64,000 nucleotides of DNA from Tubiluchus corallicola (lineage: Eukaryota > Animalia > Priapulida), in NCBI GenBank assembly GCA_030141605.1, contig JAQGDQ010000406.1, positions 1 through 64,000 on the forward strand. The letters are read 5' to 3'. Below, in pieces: positions 13,130-25,009 of the stretch. The notes under the pieces were generated by a model. That model was not told the origin of the DNA. It saw nothing but the letters and a program-made list of their open reading frames with translations, and searched no databases. A program made the position numbers and the translations under genes. Each line of letters opens with the position of its first letter. Within the stretch, counting starts at the first letter, position 1.

Positions 13130-13200
13130 GCCATTGTAGTCCAGTGGTATTATGACGTTCATCTTGTAAGTGAAAGGTCCCTGCTTTTAAATCCAGGATG
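13130..13200 (+). mobile_element. Possible degenerate tRNA-derived SINE head
   Basis: A-box-like TAGTCCAGTGG and degenerate B-box-like TTTAAATCC at tRNA-like spacing; no intact cloverleaf. Confidence 0.3.
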
Positions 13201-13715
13201 TGTACAAACTTTTTCCTTTCCTTTGAACAAGTTTAGTTACAAAATTCAGTGCAGTCCCATCATTCTACATGCAAATCAATATTTTACTATGCAATGTATG
13301 TTTAAAAGATGACATCTACCTACTAAATTAAAAAATGTGGAATTAAGTTTCACAAAAGCTATTTCCGACTTTTGTATCATTAATTTTTTTGTGAATTTAC
13401 AAACCCATATTATCCTTTTATTTTGTTAAATAATTGATGTTTTGGTCAACAATGCATTCTTTTAGTTGCAGAATATTTTTAAGGTTTTTCTATAATACGG
13501 AACAAAAAAAAGCTATATACTAAATCTGTTAGTTTTTTCACTTGTTAGATAAGTTGAGGGATAACAGCTGCTATAAACATGTTGTGTCTTTTTCACTTTG
13601 GCATTTCTTTCTATTCGTTTTTCATGCTGCTTCTTTTGTAAGAATTTGATGATAGCTGGTGATTTCAGCAAGGTTTTTCAGGTAGCAGCAAGGTGCTAAT
13701 TATGTATTATTATAA

Positions 13716-13721
13716 AATAAA
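13716..13721 (+). terminator. Candidate polyadenylation signal of the calpain-15 gene
   Basis: AATAAA about 0.9 kb after the stop, just before the LTR element; not verified by transcripts. Confidence 0.3.
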
Positions 13722-13742
13722 TGTCGTTGTGGCATTCCAATA

Positions 13743-13930
13743 TGTCACCAGTAAGGTCTAAACTCCAACTATAAATCAATGACTTAGTATCACATCTGAC
13801 AGTCTCATTATGTCAGGTCAGATCCATGCTGTCAGATATGCATAAATGAAGTGTTTATTACCATAATTGTCCACAAGTAATAAGGGTAACCTTTTAGTAC
13901 AAGATTCTACATCTATGACTATATGTTACA
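13743..13930 (-). repeat. Putative 3' LTR of the Gypsy element
   Basis: Begins TGTAAC right after the polypurine tract (13931-13941) and contains AATAAA on the minus strand. The distal boundary (GTGACA) is uncertain because no second LTR is present. Confidence 0.5.
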
Positions 13931-14685
13931 TCTCCCTTTTTCACAAAGCGGTACAATCCTATTAACCTCAAAACGGAATTTAATATCTCAACTTATAAGT
14001 CTACTACATTAAACGAAAGTGTATGAATTACAAAACTTCAGCAAAGCTTCTTCCACAGTTTCACTACATTCAACTTCTGCATAATCTTAGATTAGCATAG
14101 GGCACAAAAGAAAGGGTACTTTCTAATTTACAGTTCAATAGTAGCTATGATATGGTATAGAAAAATAACAGTTCCAGCAATACAATAGAATGAACTTAAT
14201 TTTCATTTAACTATAACTGTCAGAAGTATTTGAACGAATCATAAATGCACATCTGCTGCAAACAGTTGCACACTGAACTTTTAGACAAACCAGATTAACA
14301 GCTAACTTAACTTTGTACTTCATAGTAGTTAATAAATTACAAGAACTTGGTGCTTATGTATGTATCAAGTAAAATCACAATTCAAATGAAAATGTCTACA
14401 ACCACTTGACTTCTTAATCAGTTAAGTGCTAATAGAATATGCACAAAATTTAAACTTGTGAACAGGAAAACATAAGTAACTTGCAGTTAATAGTCAATCT
14501 TTTTGGTGGCTTTGACACACGACCACTTCTAGTAGTAACTACTTTTTCCTCTGGTAATTCCTTATGGTTAGGACTTCTGGAATTCACATCCTGAGGAACT
14601 TTCATTTCTGCAGCAACCTGATTTCCATTAGACTTCTCTTCCAAATTATTGGGTGAAACATCTGGTATAGGTAAATTTTGATTAT

Positions 14686-15909
14686 TCATCCTAGGTATAT
14701 AAGTAGCTTTAGGAAGTTCATACTGAAACAGTTGGCTTCTAGTTGGATAGGAACTAAGACGTTGTTTTCCTTCCCTGTTAGCTTGGTAAGTAGATAAATG
14801 TAGGAATTTCCGATTTCGCCGATACTTCTTGCCATTATACTCCACAATATAAGACCTGGAGTATTATGATGTGCTATAACTGTAGCCGGTAGCCACTGGC
14901 TATTATTAGCTCCCGGAAAGGGAGCCATGCATACAGGATCTCCGGGAACTAAAACTGGTAAGTCCTGGCTAGCTTTCTGGTCATAGTAGAACTGCTGTCT
15001 GTTCTTTTCTTCTTCAAATTTTCTTTGAATATCTCGCATATCATACGGCGAAGGTTTTAGCAATTCAACTGATGTGGGTTTTTTAGTTCTTAGCCTCCTA
15101 GACATTAGTAGTTGAGACGGAGACAAGCCACAGCTTAAAGGTGTAGTACGGTAATCAAGCAAAGCATACTGTTTATCCTCACATTTCTTCCATAACCTTT
15201 TGACAATTTGCACTCCTCTTTCCGACTGTCCATTTGACAAAGGATACGTTGGCGAAGAACTCACATGTCTGATACCATACTCTTCAGAAAACTTATCAAA
15301 CTCATCAGAACTATACTGTGGTCCATTATCTGTTTTTATGACTTCTGGTATTCCATGTCTGCAAATCTGATTCTTCAGCTTATCAATAACACATGAGCTA
15401 GTCATGTCTTCCAACTGATCTACTTCAATGTATTTTGAAAAATAATCCATTGTAACAATGTAGTGCTTTTTCTCCCATTCAAACAAATCAGACACTAACT
15501 CCATCCATGGAGCTTCGGGAGTCTTAGTTGCACATAAGGGCTCTTTTGTTTGATTGTTTTGATATGTGTTGCATAAATCACAGTCACCAATCAATTCTTC
15601 AATTTGTGCCGACATGCCTGGCCAAAACAACAAATCACGTGCTTTCTTTTTACAATTCACAATTCCCATGTGAGTGTTGTGCACTTGATGCAACATGTTT
15701 TTTCTCATGCTTGGCAGAACTACAATACGTTGACCTTTGTAGACCATACCATCGTACACAGCAAGACTATCTCTGTCTTTCCAAAAAGGTCTAACTGAAT
15801 GTGGAACTTCTTTACAAGTGTCTGGCCAACCAATTAATATCATTTTGTACAACTCATATAATTCATTTGCTGTTGTCTCCTGAAACTGTTTATATCTGTC
15901 TGTTGCCAC
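14686..15909 (-). pseudogene. Gypsy integrase ORF (frameshifted C-terminus continues in 14450-14845)
   Basis: H-x3-H...C-x2-C zinc-binding motif, DLF..DYFSKY, TDNGPQY, SNGQSER. Confidence 0.9.
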
Positions 15910-15935
15910 TGTTATGTGTGTACCATATTAACATA

Positions 15936-18440
15936 TGGTACGTTGTATTTTGAAAAATAACCGATTTTTTGGTGACAATGGAGTGACACCGATCACTCCA
16001 TTGTCATCAGCAGAATTGTGTTGAATCCTCGGACAGTGCATTATGCCAAGCCAAAAGGTTTGCCCAAGATAAACACTGCTCGCACAAAGGATGCACAGAG
16101 GACAAGCCACTTTGTCGCATCTGTAAGCACTATCCCCGGCACTGATGAAGACACGTCAGCAGAAGCCAGATGGTCATTTCTTAGCAAAACGATCCATGCC
16201 TACGCCATTGATTCATATGGCAAAAGAACAAAACCGAACAAAGACTGGTTCGAAGCAAATCTCCAAACACTAGAGCCACTTATTGAAGCCAAAAGGCAAG
16301 CTCTGATCAAGTGGAAACAGCATCCTACACACGAAAATCTCAGACTTCTACGCAAAGCCAGAGCTGAAAGCCAGGAAATGGCAAGGGTATGTGCAAACAA
16401 CTACTGGCTGGACTTGTGCGACAAGATTGAACAGGCATCCTCAACTGGCAACATAAGAGCCATGTATGAAGGTATCAAGCAAGCCACTGGTCCAACCACA
16501 AAGAAAACAGCCCCCCTCAAGTCCAAAGGAAATATAATCACTGATCGCAGCAAGCAGATGGAAAGATGGGTTGAGCACTACCTAGAGCTCTACTCAACTG
16601 AAAACACTGTATCTGAAGATGCTCTCAACAGTATTCCCATGCTCCCAACTATGACTCACCTTGATGCTGAGCCCACTCTCGAAGACCTCGAAAAGGCTAT
16701 AAATGCACTATCAAGTGGTAAGGCACCTGGAAACGATGCAATACCCCCAGAGGTGATAAAGGAAGGAAAATCGGGCCTGTTGCCGCATCTTCATGAGCTA
16801 CTCTGCCTATGCTGGAAAGAAGGGAAAGTACCACAGGACATGAGGGACTCCAAGATAGTAACCCTCTACAAAAACAAAGGTGACCGTTCGGACTGCAACA
16901 ACTACCGCGGAATATCTCTACTAAGCATTGTAGGCAAGGTGTTCGCACGTGTTATGCTGACGAGACTGCAGGCCCTTGCTGAACGAGTTTATCCAGAGTC
17001 TCAGTGTGGCTTCAGATCAGGCCGCTCAACAATCGACATGATATTCTCTGTGAGACAACTTCAAGAAAAATGCAGGGAACAGCGTCAACGTCTGTACTTA
17101 GCTTTTGTTGACCTCACCAAGGCGTTCGACCTGGTCAGCCGCAGCGGATTATTCAGTCTTCTCCAACGTATAGGCTGCCCACCAAAGCTTCTAAGTTTAA
17201 TCAAGTCCTTCCACACAGATATGAAAGGAACCGTCAGCTTTGATGGAGATACATCAGAACCTTTTAACATTCACAGCGGTGTAAAGCAAGGATGCGTGCT
17301 CGCCCCCACACTCTTCGGCATCTTCTTCTCTCTCCTCCCGTACCATGCCTTCGACTCTTCATCTGATGGTGTCTACATTCATACCAGACATGATGGCAAG
17401 CTCTTTAACCTAGCCAGACTGAGGGCTAAGTCTAAGATTACACGTGTGCTCCTCAGAGAAATGCTGTTTGCTGATGATGCAGCTCTAGCAAGCCATACCC
17501 ACGACGGTCTACAACGCCTTATGGACCGCTTCTCCAATGCTTGCAGAGAGTTTGCCCTCACAATCAGTATCAGGACGACGGAGATAATGGCTCAGGATCC
17601 TCCAATACCCCCCTCCATCTCAATCAACAACTCGCAGCTGGCCACTGTAGACAACTTCAAATACTTGGGCTCGACCATCTCACAGAACCTGTCCCTTGAT
17701 GCTGAGATAAATGCTCGCATTGGAAAAGCAACAGGAGTCATGTCCAAGCTACAAAGAGAGTTTGGGAAAACAAAAACCTTACTCTCAGCACAAAGTTGAA
17801 AGTCTACAATGCTTGTGTTATCAGCACCCTCCTATATGGCAGCGAGACATGGGCTACCTACACAAGACAGGAGACCAGACTCAACTCCTACCACATGAGG
17901 TGCCTGCGTCGGCTACTTGACATTAGGTGGGAAGACAGAATTACCAACCGCAAGGTCCTCAGCAAGGCCAAGACAACATCAATCTTTGCTATGCTGAGTC
18001 AGAGGCATCTACGCTGGCTAGGACATGTCAGACGCATGGACAAGGGTCGTCTTCCAAAGGATATGCTGTACGGCTAACTCGAGGAAGGCACGCGTCCGAC
18101 CGGTCGGCCTCACCTGAGGTTCTCTGATGTCTGCAAGAGACCTCAAAGGCACTCACATAGACGTCAGTTCATGGGAAACCAAGGCAGATGACCGGCCAGC
18201 TTGGAGACAAGCAGTCAGCGAGGGCATTAAGAAGGCTGAGGAGGACAGACATGAGAGACAACGTGAAAAGAGACTGGGAAGTAAAGCATCAATTAGTTCT
18301 CTCAATGACCCCGTTTTCACCTGTGGGGACTGCAGCAGAGACTGCCATTCCAGGATCGGGCTCTACAGCCACAGCAGACGCTGTTCCAGCTCCACTTTAT
18401 GGCGCAACCCATCGTCTTCATAGACGGACGGAGGCCGACG
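15936..18440 (+). mobile_element. 5'-truncated RTE-clade LINE inserted in the Gypsy pol gene
   Basis: 14-bp TSD ACCATATTAACATA (15922-15935 and 18441-18454). RT motifs YRGISLL, FVDLTKAFD, GVKQGCVLAP, LFADD; C-terminal FTCGDCSRDCHSRIGLYSH; a few frameshifts. Confidence 0.95.
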
Positions 18441-18540
18441 ACCATATTAACATACACAGTTTCTATTTCCGGAGCTACATCTGATAAGTTAGGACGACTT
18501 AGCATATCACCTATCATTACTTCTTTGCCTGGTTTGTACA

Positions 18541-19420
18541 TCATTTTAATATCGTACGGCTGTAATTTAAGGAGCATAGATTGTAGCTCATAGGTGCTGA
18601 TGATAATGGCTTGCGAAAAATAGTTTGCAATGGTTTATGATCATTTTCTACACTGATCTCTCTACCAAAAATGTAATAGTGAAATTTGCTACAATGCACA
18701 ATGGACAGCATTTCTTTCTCAATCTGTGCATATCTTTGTTCTCCTTCACTCATCGTTCTAGATGTGTAGGCCACGGGTTGACCGTCTTGCAGCAAAACTC
18801 CCCCAACTGCATAACTACTTGCATCACACTGGATTACATGCTGCTTTTTGGGATCATACAGTGCCAACACTAGAGATTTACATGCCAGATCTTTGAGTTT
18901 CTGGAAACTTTCCATTTGAGGTTTGTCCCAGTGAAACAGAATTTTGTCTCTAATTAGTTCCCTTAGTGGTGCATTTATTTCACTTAGTTTAGGAATAAAT
19001 TTTCCTAGATCCTGCATAAAACCTAGAAATCGTCGTACATCTTCCTTGCTTGTGGGTGCAGCCATTTCTTGTACTGCTCTAACTTTGCCTGGATCTGCTT
19101 TTGTTCCTGTAGCACCAACCACATGACAGACATACTTAACTTCAGCTTTACTGTATTGGCATTTATCAAAATTTAACTTTAGGTTCCATTCCATTGCTCG
19201 ATTCACTAGTTTTTTCATAGTTTGGCCATGATGTTCATTGTCTGTACCAGCTACAGACTGGATTCATAATCCAAAGGAATTTGGAGATAGCCCGACTTTG
19301 CATCCACAACAGAGAATACTTTTGCATCGGGCATTGAAGATACTACTTCCTCTACAGTAGGAATTGGGTAATTTTCCCTTTGAATGGCTTAGATCTGAAG
19401 GATTAAGACAAATGTAAACT
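18541..19420 (-). pseudogene. Gypsy RT/RNase H region with the catalytic core deleted
   Basis: VDAKSGYLQIPLDYESSL joins directly to VAGTDNEHH, so the PFG and xxDD motifs are absent. Confidence 0.8.
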
Positions 19421-19496
19421 TTGTCATTGTTAGGCATCCCTCTGGAAAAATGTCACATTATTATGTGGGAGTTGGTATTTGTACATTGTACTATGG

Positions 19497-19512
19497 TGCT
19501 GCCATCTAGCGG
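19497..19512 (-). promoter_or_regulatory. CTCF-like binding motif between the convergent genes
   Basis: Minus strand CCGCTAGATGGCAGCA matches the CTCF core consensus CCRSYAGRKGGCR. Confidence 0.4.
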
Positions 19513-20839
19513 TAATCGTACTATTAGCTGACTTACCTGCAATTACCTGTGATTGCATACATACACATACTAGTCCTCTCCCTATTTTGAATTAATGGTT
19601 GTGCAAAGCCTGTGCAGGTCTGCATAGGTCTAGGTCAATACCTGAATTTTGGTGGAAACAGGTTACTAACTGGCTTTTATTCTAGTTTTGCTAAAATGTT
19701 CATAATGCAGCAGGTTTTTCTACTCATGTTTCTGTGGTGAAATAAACACTTTTCTATTGTGTCAATTCAAGAATTTATTGTAGCAATTTGGTTCTTATCA
19801 ATGATTTACTGTGTGTCAGACAGTATACCCGGTGTGCACAGGCTCAAGGCTTTAAACTCAAGCATATCAAAAGTGACTTTGACAGCATACCAATGAAAAG
19901 GCATCAACACTCTATCAAGATATTGTAAAGTAAACTTGCTTACACCTTTGCTTTCATTTTTTAACTGTATAACAATTTTCATCATTTTTAAAATATGGAA
20001 ATGTTGTGCTGAAGAGATAAAATATATGTAATGGACTTGCTGCACAGTTACTTTAGGTGGCTTAAAAACAAACCAAGAGATAATTTTTTTCACTTTAAAC
20101 AAAAAATTTTACTACCATTCTTAGTAATGCCAAGAAATATGAAATAACAAAATAATCCTTTGTATAATTTATACGCAAATGGAAAAAATGCACAATTTCA
20201 AATTGTTTTTAATTACGCTTATTGGATAGTTTTATGTGATGCACGATAGGAAAAAAGGAAGACTGATTTGTTCACAAGCTTTAAAAAATTCTGTGCAGTT
20301 TACTGTTACATTTTCACTAGTACAAAATTATTACATACTATTAAAGTTAGCATATACACGTAAATACAGCTTACAACAAACTAAACAATTTAGCATAATA
20401 AAATTATTTATATACAGTAGCAGAGTAGGTTTACATAAATTATTCTGAAATCTACTACAAAATTCAAACAGTATTCATCAACTTTAATGCTGTTGAAAAA
20501 AGCAATTTCAACAGTCACGTACTATAGTACTCACAAAAGCAACACCTAAATAACGCAAAATAAAGATTTTTGAAGCACACTCTTGGAGACAAGTAAAGCA
20601 TGAATATTGAAAAAACACTCAAAAATTCAGAAGGACATGTTTTTCTACTGTGTTCTTATGAATCAAAGACAAATGTGCTTATTTTTTGCGTAGCAGATGT
20701 ATAGTTTGCAGCAAGACTGCTATACTATGTATTTAATTCAAAGATTCACATACATCCAGTGATACATTTTTAGCTGAAGTAATTTCCCTGGGTTTTTCGG
20801 ATAGCTTAAATTGGAGCCAAAATAGTTTAACATCTTTAA

Positions 20840-21370
20840 AGGAAAACCGGATGATTGTGTAAACATTAGTTCAGAATGAAGAATGCTCTAAAAAGTTGAA
20901 AACTACAAAAGCTTTTTTTAAATCAAAGATTAAAGATCAGCTTAGATTAAATAATAATTACCTCGGATACTCAAATTTCATTAAACTTTCCAAGGTACGT
21001 GTGGCTCGGTGAATCTACTAAGATTGGCAGCAGCTCCTTTTTGTCACATTCGCATGGCCGACAACTAGAAGCCGGTACCGCGATAACCATGATCATGAAC
21101 TGCTGTGTTAGTTTCATGACGTCACGCATTTAAGCAGTACTGTAACACTTATGCAAATGTGCTTGATGCGCAAGGGAAGACGCCTGCCGTTGCACAAGCT
21201 GTGGTTAGTTTCTGACATAAGCAATAGCTGTGCTCGGTTGCCGTTAATTAACTTTCTAAGGTAATTATTCAAATATAAGGACCAACTGTTAAGTTTTATA
21301 GGCAAGAAAATGTATACTTTGGACAGTAAATTAAAATGAGATTGAATCTAAATAATCGTCCGGTCTTCCT
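20840..21370. mobile_element. Kolobok-like non-autonomous DNA transposon
   Basis: TIRs AGGAAAACCGGATGATT / AATCGTCCGGTCTTCCT (2 mismatches) with TTAA on both flanks. Confidence 0.75.
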
Positions 21371-22066
21371 TTAAGAATAATCGCTTTTATTAATTTATCT
21401 GCTTGGCCATATACTTATGTATTATATTTAGCAAAGACTTTCTGACAAGGGTTTCAAATTCTGGGCACAACACAGAGCAGATTCTCTTAAGTTTCAAGTA
21501 AAAAAATTAAAAATTCCAAAATGGCAATATGTACAACGACAGTGTTTGAACAATGAATATATAAATAATACACGTATACAATAACTTGATTATTTACACA
21601 ATTTTCATAGTGTACAAAGTGCACAAGTCTCAAAACCTTAAACTGGTCAGCAGGTAGTCACATCTTTACATAACTTTTCTTTACGAGTAGATAATGGAAA
21701 AGCAATAAACTGACTTTAACCCCTACACAAGGTATTATGTTGGGAGTAAGTTCTGTTTTCAGGTAGTTGATGGAAATGTCATTTGACTTATGACAGACAC
21801 CACTACTACCACCTGTGCATCCAGAAAAACAGCCTTTAGTGACCAAAAGACACCAAGCATGAAGCTAGAATCAGTAGTGGCACAGTATTAAATGTCTTAA
21901 CTTCGTCCACTAGTCATATTCCGTGCTTCCACGTACACTTAAAAACTGTTAGTCACACATACGAAAGTGCTTGATAGATTACTGGCATAGAAGAACTGGC
22001 TTTGTCACTTTTTATATTTATCATCAAAGGTTGCACTCACACTAAAAATAGTTGCACCACAATGTA

Positions 22067-22249
22067 TCACACCCAGGAGTCAGCACCACTTTGACCACCT
22101 CCACCTCCTCCAGATAGCTGCATTGGAGTGTTGCCTGTAACTGCACTAGGCTGTTCATAACTCTTGCTGTAACTATTATTTCTGGCTTGAGATCCATTTT
22201 GTTTGTGCACTTTTGCATAGAGTGGCTCGTTAAGTTTACAATGCTGAAT
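22067..22249 (-). CDS. CTNND2: delta-catenin/p120-family terminal exon with PDZ ligand DSWV
   Basis: cag|ATT; IQHCKLNEPLYAKVHK...GADSWV-TGA. DSWV is the known C-terminus of delta-catenin, ARVCF and p0071. Confidence 0.92.
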   Translation of the reverse strand: MQHCKLNEPLYAKVHKQNGSQARNNSYSKSYEQPSAVTGNTPMQLSGGGGGGQSGADSWV

Positions 22250-23193
22250 CTGTAACAGAAAAAGTAACTTTATAGCATTAAATTAAAGTACATATCACCA
22301 AAATCAGGAAAATTCATAATAAACAGTTGACATGCCTGTAAACACTTGTTAATAATCAACTGACAACATGGTTATTAAAATTGAGTATTTTATAAAAAAT
22401 GATTCATAGCTAATGGAAATCGGGTACACTGTTTACTAAAAATAATTCAACTGAAAATCAGCCACTTTTTTTAAACTGTTCTTAAAATTTAATCAAGCCT
22501 CTCTCTCTGTGTTGCTCACCCTCTTCCTTCCCTCTCTCTTGCTCTCTCCTTCAATACTTTCCTTTTTCCCCTCCCTTCCCTTCCTCTTCATTTCCTCCAT
22601 TATTCTCCTTAACTCTACTTGTTTGCATACCTTGATAATGGAGAGAGTAATGATCTGCACTTCAACAATTTTTTGCAATATAATGATTATTATTAATTTC
22701 AACATTTTAGTTGATGTCATCAACTGTTAATTGGAAAATTGGTATTATCATATGAATAGTCACATTTTCCTGAGCCTTTTTTACAGAATTGTACAAAACA
22801 CATGCTGAACTTCAATTTTTTGTATAAACAACTTGTATGTAAAGTGAGCATGCTAACTATTTGAATTGTTGTTAAAATAATTTGTTACCAAAGTAAATTA
22901 AAAACTAGTAACGAGATAAACGAAGTCACACAAAATCTATTATGAAATTACTTTACAAAAAATTCAAATCAGGCTGAGGTACTTTGATAACGGCAACAAT
23001 GACAACAGCAACAACACGCAAAGCAAAGAGCATATACAAACAAATTCAGCACAGAAAAAAATCCTCATGAATAATCCAAACCAATTTAAAAACTCAAAGT
23101 CAATTATCACAGAACTCAAGCGAGACAAACAATATTGTTTTAGGTTACTAGCAGCAGCATGCAAATTGCTTGCTCAGCACACGCTATACTTAC

Positions 23194-23290
23194 AACCATA
23201 CTGGGGGATGTGACACTACACTATACAGTCTCTTGGTTGGTAGTGAGTAGGAACATTACCATACTGCTGTCGCCTCGCTGTCAGGTAGTT
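23194..23290 (-). CDS. Candidate alternative cassette exon encoding a different C-terminus (…QPRDCIV-stop)
   Basis: tacag acceptor; phase-0 frame NYLTARRQQYGNVPTHYQPRDCIV-TAG (stop 23216-23218); gtaagt donor 22 nt later; TGCATG downstream. Confidence 0.5.
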
Positions 23291-24350
23291 CTGTACTCGA
23301 GAAGAATGCATGTAAAAATAGTGCAAATTTTAACAGTCTAGGTCTGCAACCATACAAATATGAATCTACATCTGCTGCCTGAAGAGCAAAATTACATTTC
23401 TACCTTTATGCTTATATAGGAAAGAACAACTGAAATATCAGATTCAGTACATTAAGACATAGATAAAATATGACCAAAGTTTCAAGTTTATATTGCTATC
23501 ATTTGAATGCAAATAAAGCGGCTTCAAAAAGATGAGCAGTAGAAACGACTATCGGCAGACTGACCAATTTAATGCACAAGTTGTTATACGAAACCAGTGT
23601 TAAAGTTCATCAAACCCACGAAATGAGGCAAACCAGAGAAGTCAAATGCAGCTGATTGCAGCAAAAACCACAAAATTAATCATGTTAATTTGCAAACATT
23701 AAAATGTAAGCAGTAGCAGACACTTATGAAGTAGTATTGTTATGAAGAAAAACCTAGCAAATCTGGGGTACTGTCTTCAAGATTGCTACCATTTGTAAAA
23801 CACTGACATGAATGAACTTGAGTAAATCAAACCATCAGGTATTAGCAAAGAATGCATTTATTTCACAATACAGAGCAAGGAAGAGCATAGCCAATATGGA
23901 ATTTTGTACACCATGCATACCTTATTTCAAATCAGCATTACTGTAATGCTTATTTAACTAGGCAGTAACTATCACTTCCTAATTTATTAGTTTTTTGCTG
24001 AAAGATGCCCTAGTATAATAACACTTTGTGTTAAGACAAGTTACCAATAGACTTGCAGAATATTTAACCAACAACTAAAAAGGTTTCTCCACAATGATCA
24101 TTACATAAAAGGAAGCATAATTAACCAACATGGTGAAGAGCTGTACTTACTAAACTAGTAAATGCAAAAACAAGCAGTTTTATTATTAATTAGCCATTTG
24201 TTGTCACATAAGTCAATCGCTTTAGTTAGCATGCCATGCATCCACAACATCAAAACTTACGAGCGGCAGTACATTAGTAGGAAGGACTGGCACACCACAA
24301 GAAGGCACACGGCTTGTTCTGTTAGCACTACCACAATAAATATCACTTAC

Positions 24351-24392
24351 ATGTGTATTGTTGTTCATAGCTGACATCGGAATTTCTTCCTG
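24351..24392 (-). CDS. CTNND2: delta-catenin 42-nt mini-exon (QEEIPMSAMNNNTH)
   Basis: ttttgcag|CAG (NAGNAG) acceptor, gtaagt donor, phase 0-0; EEIPMS resembles the vertebrate p120 tail. Confidence 0.8.
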
Positions 24393-24796
24393 CTGCAAAA
24401 ATATTAAAAAGTAAACACATCACGGCTTACAGAATTTTGCACCTGTACATAATTTCACAGTGAAAAAAATAACAGCGAATAAAAGATGTATAAACAAGGT
24501 GAAGTCATTATCTTCACACAATTACAATCAATCCGCAATTACCACTATAATACATCACACTACATAAGGCTCTTGTAATATTACAGATGCAGTTCACATT
24601 TTAATATTGTCAATTATGCTGATAAGACAAATATCATTAATGCAGTTTAATAAATTGAAGTTTATAGTAAAAAAAGAGCTATCTGAATAACAACCCGAGT
24701 TTATACAAACAAAAGCTGCATAAACTCATACTAGTCACATATGTTCAGCTAAAATGACACATTTTTCATCAGTCTACTTGCAAACCAAATACTAAC

Positions 24797-25009
24797 CTGT
24801 CTGTGACCCCTGTACATGTACTCATCATTCCGTGCTGTAGATATAGGAATATTACCCTCAGATACGGGACGGCTCATTGTGTTTTCAGCCGTTGGTGAAC
24901 GCGATGCACTAGCACTCCGTGAAATAGTATAAATGAAGTTAGATTCCTTCCAACCATTTCGTTTATATGCTTCATGCAAATCTTTATGTTGCCACATGCT
25001 ACACAAGGT
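24797..25009 (-). CDS. CTNND2: delta-catenin exon (end of ARM domain and start of tail)
   Basis: TLCSMWQHKDLHEAYKRNGWKESNF...HRQ; cag and gttagt splice sites. Confidence 0.92.

Larger units (their letters stand above)
13743..19430 (-). mobile_element. Ty3/Gypsy LTR retrotransposon remnant (gag, protease and 5' LTR missing)
   Basis: RT start KVYICLNPSDL, RNase H QCDASSYAVGGVL (ORF 18541-19218), integrase HHCC and DDE (TDNGPQY, NGQSERGVQ; ORF 14686-15909), TRSGRVSKPP tail, and polypurine tract AAAAAGGGAGA followed by TGTAAC. Confidence 0.9.

Noticed and set aside
13130-13200. tRNA gene
   Set aside because: The B-box and stems are degenerate; at best a SINE head.
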